Below are positions 54,251 through 64,000 of a stretch of DNA of 64,000 bases, in pieces; positions within the stretch are counted from its first letter, which is position 1; the number at the start of each line of letters is the position of its first letter. This DNA is from Macrostomum hystrix (lineage: Eukaryota > Animalia > Platyhelminthes). The stretch lies in NCBI GenBank assembly GCA_950097015.1, contig CATNEN010000038.1:14694001-14758000 (forward strand). Direction: 5' to 3'. The translations under genes and the position numbers were made by a program. Below the pieces are notes generated by a model, which saw only the letters and a program-made list of their open reading frames with translations, was not told the DNA's origin and searched no databases.

Positions 54251-54499
54251 ACAGTTCAACCCGTTGTTAAATGATCGGCTATGGCAGAAATTCTAATGTT
54301 CGTGGCTGCACCAGCGTAGGCTCTGTGTTATTTCTATGGTTCTATGTAAAATTTGAACAGCATCGAAGATTTTTGTCAACTAACATTCCGTCAAAAGCAT
54401 TGGTCGTAGGACAAATATAAAACTACTAAGAAATGGTTCTTATTTTTTAACGCATTTGGCTCGTTGGCACTTATCATTCTGCAAGCTCTATTTACCAAA

Positions 54500-56594
54500 T
54501 TTTATGTTTATTACTAACAGTTATAACATGCGCCTGTCTTATAGATAAGATACGGACATTAGCTGTGGCTGCAGCAGTAGCAGCAACACCCCAAAGACTG
54601 CTGCCAGTTGCAATGCACAAACTCGCGACGGTGCAAGTTTAATTCACCATAGCAGCAGTCACAAGCCTGACAGTCGCATATATTAAGACCGTGCAGTCGG
54701 GGTTCTATATATTGTAAGTAGGCAAGCAGGAAACAAGACAGAGTGAAAGATCAAAGCCAGAACAGTGCGAAGTACAATTCTGTTGACGTGGTTTCATAAG
54801 TACACCTGAAAGATCTACAGTTAGGTGAGGCATTTTTTGCAATTTGACAAATAATAAACATTTTCTTGTTGTTTCGAAAGTATAGCGGCAAGATCTGATT
54901 ATTTATCTGAAAATTGAACGAGAGATAAACGGTTAATAATACCGTGCAGGGCCAACGCGTTTAACAGTTGAAAACCACCGATTTTCGTGAAAGTCCTCAT
55001 TATGAAGTAACATTTTCCGCCCTTTACGATCAACTTACTTACAAAGCCATACGAGCCAGCATCGTCGAGATATTCAGCGACTCTTGTCGAAGACCCTGCT
55101 CTGTATAAACCTCTCTGGCGAATCCGTATTGGTTCAATAATAAAAAAATAACAGTATAACCAATACATTATAGTAAAACTAGCTTACATAGTTTAATGAG
55201 GAAATGTTTTGCGCAGAAAGATTATGCTTATATTAGTGGTTTTTATACCACCAAACGCCACAACGAGAATCGATGCCACAACGTTGAATATCTAGATCAG
55301 GGGTCGGCAAACTCCGGCCCGCGGGCCAGATGCGGCCCTCGAAGCTCCCAAATCCGGTCCGTTGCCCCTTCTGACATCTACAGTGTCCTGTTTCATCTCT
55401 CTCGTGTCTAATCTCTCCCGTGTCTCATCTCTCCAGTGTCTTATCTCTCCAGTGTCTTATCTCTCCACTGTCTTATCTTACCCGTGTCTCATCTCTCCAG
55501 TGTCTCATCTCTCCAGTGTCTCATCTCTCCAGTGTCTCATCTCTCCAGTGTCTCATCTCTCCCGTGTCTCATCTCTTCCGTGTCTCATCTCTCCCGTATC
55601 TAATCTCTCCTGTGTCTAATCTCTCCCCAGTCTTATCTCTCCTGTGTCTCATCTCTCCCGTGTCTAATCTCTCCCGTGTCTAATCTCTCCCCAGTCTTAT
55701 CTCTCCCGTGTCTCATCTCTCTCGTGTATCATCTTTCTGTGTCTCATCTCTCCCGTGTCTAATCTCTCCCGTGTCTAATCTCTCCCGTGTCTAATCTCTC
55801 CCGTGTCTCATCTCTCCTGTGTCTCATCTCTCCCGTGTCTAATCTCTCCCGTGTCTAATCTCTCCCGTGTCTAATCTCTCCCGTGTCTCATCTCTCCCGT
55901 GTCTAATCTCTCCCGTGTCTAATCTCTCCCGTGTCTAATCTCTCCCGTGTCTCATCTCTCCTGTGTCTCATCTCTCCCGTGTCTCATCTCTCCTGTGTCT
56001 AATCTCTCCCGTGTCTCATCTCTCCCGTGTCTCATCTCTCCCGTGTCTCATCTCTCCTGTGTCTCATCTCTCGCGTGTCTCATCTCTCCAGTGTCTTATC
56101 TCTCCCCTATCTCATACTCGTATTTATATAGTCAATGCGGCCCGCTGTCGTCTTTTAGGTTCTTTCTTTGGCCCGCCAGCAAATAAGTTTGCCTACCCCT
56201 GATCTAGATGATGCTGATTTTTGTGATTCTGGAAGTTGTTTTATCGGGTAGAGCGGAAAATTTTTGCCCGTGTTCGGGATTTTCATGGCGATTGGTAGAA
56301 TATTTTAGGAGAAAAAATATAAATGTGGGCATTTGAAATACCGACGTGGTCTTTCTACTTTTAACCCTGAGCTATTAGCCCGAGAGTCAGAAGGAAGGAC
56401 GCCACACGCATTCGTTTGTTCGAAAGCATGATGATCAGCAGCATATTGAATGCTTTTGATGGTACCAAGGCACCATATATTACAATGCCAGAAGTAATAA
56501 GGGTAAAGCTCTTCAACAGCAAGTACCAGCCACCGAGAAAATACTCAAGTTGTGGCTGTCCCGTGGGTGTTTCCATTTGAGTTTGACAGACCAT
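54500..56594 (-). pseudogene. Possible decayed rhodopsin-class GPCR gene interrupted by a MITE
   Basis: AFNMLLIIMLSNKRMRVASFLLTLGLIAQG resembles class A TM1-ICL1-TM2. Further hydrophobic segments with stops read across the MITE site (ITKISII*IFNVVASILVVAFGG) and at 54.5-54.8 kb. Confidence 0.35.
55298..56201 (+). mobile_element. Non-autonomous hAT (Charlie-like) MITE containing a 16-bp minisatellite
   Basis: TIRs caggggtcggcaaact / agtttgcctacccctg. Perfect 8-bp TSD atctagat at 55290-55297 and 56202-56209. The ctctcccgtgtctcat array spans about 55380-56110. Confidence 0.92.
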
Positions 56595-56667
56595 TCAGAA
56601 TCTCCACACTTGCTGCAGGACGATAGTCACAAAGCTAATTATATAGAACCAACGTTTCAAGGAGGTC

Positions 56668-58096
56668 ATGCAGTCGTACACCTGTCAGAGCGTCGCCGTG
56701 ACGGACATGCACACTGGTGGCGAACCGCTTCGCATCATCGAGAGCGTCTCGCCGGACCTTCGCCTAACAGCTAACGGAGTCGATCACTCGCTCCTGGCGC
56801 ATCGGCGCGATCTTCGCGATCGCTGTGACTATTTGAGACGCTTCGTTGTGCTGGAGCCCCGTGGGCACGCCGACATGTACGCCGCTCTGCTGGTGCGACC
56901 CGCCTGCAATCCAGAGGCGGACTTTTCCGTACTGTTTCTGCACAACGAAGGCTACAGTACAATGTGCGGTCACGCCGTGATTGCTCTGGCCAAGTACGCC
57001 GTTGTAAAGGGTCTGGTGCCGTCAAGTCCGCCTAACACGGCCGTCAACATCGAGTGTCCCTGCGGGCTGGTGCGAGCTACTTATCATCACGGCAACGGGG
57101 GTTAGTCCTAGGACATACAATTACGATCTGATGTATATTGACGCACCAGGAATAAGGAAGCTTTTTTTAATTCCAGACAGCCCGGACAGTGCGAGTTTCA
57201 TAAGCGTACCGGCCTTCTTGGCTGGGACGTACCGCGACTTTCCAGTGAGTCTTGGCTCATCAGACAAGGCTGTGCACAAGCTGAACTTTGACATCGCATT
57301 TGGCGGAGCGTTCTACATAATCTTGCCTGCCAAGGAGCTCAACTTGAACATTGAAAACGATCCTATCGACCAGTTGATCGCCCAGTGCCAGAAGTTAAAG
57401 CGAGCCGTGTCAGCCCGGGTCAGCCTGACTCATCCGGACTCGCCAGATTTGGCTTTCATCTACGGCGTAATCCTCACGGACGGCCACGACGGAGAGTTGG
57501 TCAGCTCGAATCTGTGCGTCTTCGCCGACGGCGAGGTCGATCGCAGCCCCACAGGTTCAGGTTGGCAGCCAAAGCAAAATGAGTATTTAATTAAAAAGAT
57601 TATACTTTTACTCTATATATTCTGGAAAGGAAGAGAATTAACACCTAACACAGTTGAGCCAGATCTACAAAGTATGCGTATCCGTTACACACCAGAATTT
57701 CTAACCCTGCTAATGCTCTGGTACCAATTTGCTCAAGGACGCAATATATTTCCATTTCCAAGGACGCAATATATTTCCATATATTCAAAGCTCCGGTTCT
57801 CGCTTTGATCAATGTATTTTGTTCGCATTTGAAACTATCATCCAGGTGTCACCGCTAGAATGGCCGCACTAAGTGCCAAGAACCTCGTACAACTCGACGG
57901 TGTCTGGCGAGTGTTCCGCAACAGTAAGACCGGCTCCGAGATGCTGGCGCGCCTCCAGCGTGTTGAAGCCGCCGATGGCAGTGACTCGATCCAGTCTGTT
58001 CGGGTCGAAGTGTCGGGCTGGGCTTTCTTTACGGGAGCCGGTACTCTCACGGCGGAGGCTGCTGACGCGATGCTGCCAGGATTCAGAGTGCAGTGA
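56668..58096 (+). CDS. L3HYPDH: Trans-3-hydroxy-L-proline dehydratase (proline racemase family), 355 aa. Exons 56668-57100, 57177-57560, 57846-58096
   Basis: DMHTGGEPLRII, EPRGHADMY, STMCGH, DIAFGGAFY and DRSPTGSGVTARMA are present. The Cys/Thr catalytic pair marks the dehydratase. Two phase-1 GT-AG introns give 1068 nt. Confidence 0.93.
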
Positions 58097-58774
58097 GGAG
58101 CACCGAGCTACAAGCGCACGTACTAAAAAAAGCATCACTAATTAAATGAAGAAAAATTTACGACTTTCTTATTTTCTTCTCTTATTCAATAATGGGGCCA
58201 TTTTAAGTTACCTTTTCTCTAGCTTATCAGCCTGAAAGAGATTTCAGTCTACAACGACTCGAAATTCACGCAAAACTTTGTAATATACTACTCGACTAGT
58301 GTAAAGTATCTTGCTTAGCGACACAACGCTAATAATTCATCGTCCTTACACAATACAAGAATCAAATTAATTACGAAAGCTGGCGAAAGCATAAAACCTA
58401 AATTTAACGATTAATTGGCGAATTTTTCAAAACTACATTTAGCGTTCAAACAAGGAATCATAGCTAACTGTCTTCAATATTATCCATCCAGTTTTAATTA
58501 AAACGATTCACGCAAGAAAAAACTATAAAAAAAGATTTATTATAGAAACAGAAGCATTAAAAAATAGAAATTCGTTAATCGTAATTAAAATAATGCAAAT
58601 TTATTTATCACAAAGTCGTAGTCATATATCAATTAAGAGTCTCAATTAACAGAGGTTTTGAGTATAAAATTTAGGAATAAAATATAGCGCTCCATTAAAA
58701 TATAAAAACTAAATAAAAGCTGCTTGAACCTCAGGGTCAGAGTAACTCGACAGCGCATTAATGCTTAGAGCAAT

Positions 58775-59331
58775 TCAGAGCCGCTGAAAGACCAGACGAT
58801 TCTCTCCCGGGACGCGTGTCAAGCCCCAGACGCCTCGCAGGATGCTGTCAGTTTGAGTCTCGAACTCTGGCGATAGTTGGACTCGATAACGCTGCATGAC
58901 GGCCGCGAAGGTCAGGAAGATCTCGAGTCTGGCGAGACTCTCTCGCCAGATACCACCAAAGCTGCCGGAGGCAGCTGTCTGCCAGAGAACACATCCTCCT
59001 TGAGCATCTCCTTGAGCAGCTCCTGAGACGAGACCACAATCATCAGCCTGCCGCCCATCCAGAAGGAGAAGATGTCGCCGTATTTGCGCCGCATTTCTTC
59101 CTGACTCTCCTCCAGGTGCTTCATGTCAAGCCAAGGCAGCATGCCCAGCACTCCAAGCGGTCCCGGTGGCAGCTTGGGGGCCCGGTGGCAAGCTCTGACG
59201 GTGTACAGCAGTGCTGCGGCGACCCCGGTCGCTGTCAGCAGGCCTTTAACACGCGAGAGGCCGAGCTCTGTCGCATTATTGCTGATTGAATCAGCGCCAA
59301 TTAGCCTGCGAACAAACTGACTGACTGACAT
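58775..59331 (-). pseudogene. Internally deleted cytochrome P450 (CYP2-clan-like)
   Basis: Membrane anchor, PKLPPGP and KYGDIFSFWMG...FSGR are fused out of frame to the C-terminal ESLARLEIFLTFAAVMQRY...stop. The I and K helices and the heme Cys are absent. Confidence 0.85.
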
Positions 59332-59734
59332 TATTTACATTCGATATGCTGAGAACTTTTTGTCGAATTTGAGTTCAGCATTCTCTCTACTTTATATAGT
59401 TCTTAGAGTAATGATTATTCATTCTTGTCAGTTAGTGCGATCGATAAAAAATTTCGTTCAAGGACTGACCATCCAGACTAGTTGGTATGGAAGCTACACT
59501 GCTAATTGATTTGGCATAGCAATGACTTGACCAAATAGTAAGCCAATAGGTCAGTGACTCACGGTCAGGTGTTTCAGGCAGCCAGTTTGCCAAAATGACG
59601 TAATTGGCAAAACGAAATATTTTCAATGATATATTGATATATTCTAATCTGCATCAAATACAATTCCACGGCATCCAATACAATTCCACGGCATCCAATA
59701 ACATTCCACTAATAATAATAATAATAATTGCAGG

Positions 59735-60078
59735 AGGGCTGCGGGCAATGACACATAGTTTGGTGACACTAGACCCACAGCCAGCGGGGAGGCAATTCTG
59801 CCCATTTCGCTGACTCCTCTGCACACACGCACACAGATACTGTACGCAGGCACACGCTCACACAGGTGTGTACATCTGCCCTGACTTTCTCATCGTCAGG
59901 CAGTGTACACTCGAACTGTGTCTTGGAGGTTGGCCCTCAAGGGCGTAAATTGCACGACAAGCCCCCAAGCCTTCTCTCCGCGGCTGCGCCCCAAATAAAT
60001 GTGGCCTCGCCGTGGAATCGAACTTAGGGACTGTGGTGCGAGTGGCAAACGCGTTAACCGCTCTGCCACCGACCCCCT
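59735..60078 (-). mobile_element. SINE family B, full length with (TTA)n tail
   Basis: A box TGGCAGAGCGG, B box GTTCGATTCC. The tail reads as (taa)n at 59710-59729. Confidence 0.88.
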
Positions 60079-60769
60079 TAACATTCCACTGTATTTAATA
60101 ACATTCCTGCGTCCTAATTAAAGACTTCAGCATTTACGATTGCGCAGAATTCAAGTCTCCTTACCAGCAGGTCCAAGCGGCTCAGTGCCTCGCAGATTTT
60201 TGTCTGCTGCTCCAAGGGTCACCCCCGTGGTTGACTCAATTGTCTAAAGATTTGGCGTGACCGTTAGGGCAACAATCAAAATTCAGCGATATTGGCATGT
60301 CATTCTGTGGCGTCTGTTTCTCAATCTGGAGCGCGAGAGACTTGATTCACATTGTAAAGGTTGAAGATCTTTCAGCTGTGTCACCTTATCTCTTGGAGTC
60401 GAAGCCATAATTGCTAATGCTTTTATTGTACCAACAACCGATACTTCTTCAAAGCAGATCTGGTCGGGGTTTCATCCGGTATTTTTGCAAATCATTTTTT
60501 TGAACAAAAATGTGAATGGTCATCCGAGATTTTCTATTTTTATGTCCCGTCTTAATCCTTTGAGAACAATTCGTTCTCAAACCGGAAATACAAAACATTC
60601 GACTGAAAATTAGAGCACAGCTGGACTAAAATCTGAGATAATAAAACAAGAATTGAGTGCCTAATACTGAAAAAAATCTAAAAAATGGGAAGCTTTTAGA
60701 AGCCGTTGCACACAGTAACTTATAAAGCTTGTAGACAAGGGCAGGATGGAGACTAACGAGTTGCAAGGA

Positions 60770-60915
60770 GAAGAGATACAGGGAGGAGAGATGCAGGGAG
60801 GAGAGAGATGCAGGGAGGAGAGAGATGCAGGAGCATAGATGTGCAGGGAGGAAAGAGATGTAGGGAGTAGAGAGATGCAGGGAGGATATATATGCAGGGA
60901 GGAGAGATGCAGGTA
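60770..60915. repeat. ~17-bp GA-rich minisatellite (gggaggagagagatgca)
   Basis: Short tandem array. Confidence 0.8.
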
Positions 60916-61403
60916 TAAAGGAGGTGAAGGGAAATGTGAAATTTAAAGGCCAGGAAAGGTGACTGTAGGAGAGAGACTTAGGGAGAGAAAATATGAAGGG
61001 AGGACAGAGAAGTGCGTGGAGCAGAAAGATTCATTAAGTAGTACAAAGCGAAAAAGAAATAAAAAGTTTCAATTCATTTTAAAACTGCGAGAATTTAAAG
61101 TGCAGTACCTAACTTAAGGCTATAGCTTAACGCAACCAGTCTAAGAAACATTTGTTGCAAAATTTTCAGAAATTAAAAAGAAGTACTTTTAAAATCCCTA
61201 GAAAGTAGAGATACAAATACTAGTGAAACTAAATTACATCTATATGACTTATTCTAGTGCACTATTAACCTAAAAACCCCTATGAATAAAATGTGCCCAG
61301 ATGTACGAGTAACTATCGGCACCGCAATGGTAGATTACGTATGTTACGGAGTAGCGCACGAGTGTCTATGGCCATTATTTAACGCCGAAACATACTTATT
61401 TAA

Positions 61404-62209
61404 TTGGAGGCCCGGTTCTTCTACCGATTGAGGAAGCAGATCTGGAAAAAGTCAAGGCATACTTTGATAGAACCACAGTCGAACGCCTACAGGACGAAGT
61501 GGTATTCACCATTCTCTATATTCTTGGTGAAAGAGGACAATAACACCTTAAGAAATTTGAAACAGCAGGGAGCATTGGTTGCTGGTATCGACTCTGACGT
61601 ACAAGAGTACTATGAACTACCACCACTATACCAACTAAGAACCAATCGAGTGACCCAGCCATGTGCAAAGACGACAGAACGAAGCAGGCGCGCATCTATT
61701 GAGAGCATCGTGAACTGATTGCTCTGTATGAGAGGTCTTTACCTATAGGGGTGAAAAACTGCAGTTTTTTTCCGAAGCCTCTTATGAACGACAAAGATAG
61801 GTCCCGTTATTCTACAAATCAGGTACACACAGTCAACTGGCTGGGGAATTTTATGCAGAGGCTGAGTCGTCTATGCAAATTGATTAAAGTGTATATACTT
61901 AGTACAAGGATCGATGTCCTGCGCGATAATGGTCATTCTTTGAACGATATTATGACTATTACTGGCCAAAAGTCTGACAGTACTGTACGCCGCTACTTGT
62001 CTTGGCAGCGTGAACGCACTGTCCGGAATGTGTCCCTGACAGTCAACAGGGCTCTTAAGCGGAAGGGCGAAGCGGAGACTGCGATCTCAACACTAGCGAG
62101 AGTGTCAGCTGATGCTTCACATGGACAGAAGGATAAAATGTTCGATAGGACGCCGAGCATGTATACCGGTTGCTCATTCCAGCACTGCACTATTAACTTT
62201 ACGAAGTGA
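61404..62209 (+). mobile_element. Decayed Crypton-type (DUF3504) tyrosine recombinase
   Basis: NWLGNFMQRLSRLCKL...NGHSLNDIMTITGQKSDSTVRRY resembles the YR C-terminal box (IM..TGHKS..S...Y). The terminal YTGCSFQHCTINF resembles Crypton A/DUF3504 C-termini. The HxxR motif is missing and the frame is broken. Confidence 0.65.
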
Positions 62210-62287
62210 TGCTCTTATTGTCATCCATACGATGAATGGATGTTGTATGGTGACGATGGGGTGACGATGGGGACGATGAATGGATAA

Positions 62288-62592
62288 GAGGTTGTAGCCT
62301 AGTGGTTAGGGCGTCGGACTCACGACTTGAAGGTCGGGGGTTCGATTCCCGACTCCACTGGAACAATTTGCGTCCTTTAGCAAGACACTTAAGTCTGCAT
62401 TGCTTCAGTTCACCCAGCTGTTAAATGGGTACCAGCATCAGCTGGGATAATTGAAGGTGGGTGTGGCGTCCCCCCAGTCCGTGGACTGAACAGCCTTACG
62501 CAGCCTTCAGATGCGCCGCGCAATAGCTGCGGCTGTGCTGTCGGCTGCACATCTGACCCCATTGGGGCAGGTGTAATCAATTATTAATTAAT
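62288..62592 (+). mobile_element. tRNA-derived SINE, family A, full length
   Basis: A box TAGCCTAGTGG and B box GGTTCGATTCC. The central cctttagcaagacactt...cacccagctgttaaatgggtacc resembles Meta/Nin-type SINE domains. Two other copies occur in the window. Confidence 0.88.
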
Positions 62593-63001
62593 TTTACGAT
62601 GAAAGACACTTTGTCTTATTGTTTATTACTGTATCATGTTTTTAAGTTCCTTAGTTGTAATAATAAATAATATACACAGTTGTATAAAACACAGCATTAT
62701 ATGAAAAGAATTGTCTATAGTTGAAATATTTTTTCAGCGATAAACAATAACAAAATAGTCCGAGTCATTATTATTCTCTTGCGTAGATGTACAATAGTCT
62801 ATGGCCAAGCCAAGCCAAGCTCACGCGCTATGCTTAAGATTTATCGACTAAGCCACAGCGTGTACAGTCAGTCAATATTAAAGCAACAAAAGCAACACCC
62901 TTGTGCCACGAACAAAAGAATATATTTTCAAAGATTTAATATTTAAATTCTGCCAATTTAAAATACATCGAAAATAATCGAAACTTCAAACGCCAGTCGA
63001 C

Positions 63002-64000
63002 ATGTCCGAAGAACTTGACACGCCAGACAGCTCAACCACCGAGCGATTCATGCGGATGCAGCTCTCGCAAACTGTTCCGCAGTTATCGGTTGACAAACAT
63101 CCGACCGCGACCAGCTTACCAGAGCCGGAAGATCTTGACGAGCTGATCGAGCAGATCGTCAGCTCAGATCCGCCGACTAGATTCTTCGGCGTTCAGAGCC
63201 TGCGACGCCGAGTCTCGGAGGATCGCGACATGTCCTACTCGCGCCTGCTGCACAGCAAAGCCTTCGATGTCATTGTCGAAGGCCTGGGCAATAAAGAGCT
63301 GCCGGATATGCAATACGAATGCTCCTGGGTGCTGACGAACCTGCTGTCTGGCAGGCAGGAGAAATATGACCTGCTGGATCGAGGCGGTCTCTGCCAGCCG
63401 TTGGTAAACCTACTCTCTGGGGCGTCTAGCGCATTGACCGACAATCGCACCAGAGAACAGGTCTGCTGGGCTCTGGCTAACATCGTCGGGGAAAGCGCGG
63501 AATGGCGCGACCAGACATTGGTCTGCGGCCTCCTGCCAGCCCTGACAACCCTGCTGGAATCTCGGCCATCGTCAGGAATCCTGGAGGCCACTTCGCTGCT
63601 TCTGGTGAACATGTTTCGCGATAAGGAGCCCCGCGTCAGCTTTGAAGTAGCCAAAGCGCTCCTGCCCTACATCACCCAGCTGATGGAGCACCCGTACAGG
63701 CGAGTCAGAGAATTAAACTGGCAGCCCTAGACCTTCATCTCCAGACCGTTCAACCCTCCATCTCTCTTCCCGTTAACCCTGCTAACTTTAACCCTATTCC
63801 TTCATTCCTAATTGCATTCCCCAGGTCGCTGTTGCCGCACCTGCTGTGGGCAATGTCCTACCTAATCGAGGACAGCGAGCCCAGAGCCAGCCTCTTGCTA
63901 CGCGAGGACATCCTCAATCAGCTGCGCGATTGTCTTAGCAGTCGCGACGAGAACATCTTGATTCCAGCCTTGCGAGTATTCGGCAACATCGCCTCGTCTA
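63002..64000 (+). CDS. Divergent importin-alpha (ARM repeats), partial. Exon 1 63002-63699, exon 2 from 63825
   Basis: QYECSWVLTNLLSG, REQVCWALANIVGES, LLWAMSYLIED and IPALRVFGNIASS match consecutive importin-alpha ARM repeats. Confidence 0.85.

Noticed and set aside
57561-57808. C-terminal part of ORF 57131-57808
   Set aside because: This is intron read-through. The conserved DRSPTGSGVTAR motif is restored only by splicing 57560 to 57846.
59866-59908. CTGACGA-tga-GAAA-GTC in SINE B (minus strand) as a hammerhead core
   Set aside because: There is no room for stems II or III. The bases are better explained by a simple long hairpin.
62288-62360. tRNA gene (also tRNA-like heads at ~50185-50245 and ~53818-53885)
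   Set aside because: Acceptor and anticodon stems are poor. The 62288 head continues into a multi-copy SINE body, and the others look like SINE head remnants.

Overview
Repeat-rich eukaryotic (metazoan invertebrate) genomic DNA. A flatworm such as Macrostomum is only a guess from the minisatellite load, the short introns and the GC-rich exons. The first ~25 kb has no recognisable protein-coding gene. It is dominated by tandem minisatellite arrays (15-63 bp units) and tRNA-derived SINEs, and the long ORFs there are repeat artefacts. Next come a decayed, LTR-less Ty3/Gypsy gag-pol segment (25.6-30.7 kb) with an intact -1 frameshift signal, a 3-exon SINHCAF/FAM60A gene (minus), a 5'-truncated RTE-like LINE with an 8-bp TSD, and an H2A.Z gene with an intronless CDS (plus). 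The last 14 kb holds a 970-aa DSTYK-like kinase with a degenerate dynamin-like N-terminus, a GPCR-like remnant interrupted by a satellite-carrying hAT MITE, trans-3-hydroxy-L-proline dehydratase (L3HYPDH), an internally deleted cytochrome P450, a Crypton-type tyrosine recombinase remnant, and the start of a divergent importin-alpha. I found no single unambiguous new system. The best leads are the MITE-borne satellite, TAGGCCTA clusters at the 5' ends of two divergent chromatin genes, the pseudo-GTPase kinase, the IBB-less importin-alpha, and HDV-ribozyme-like motifs in one SINE family.
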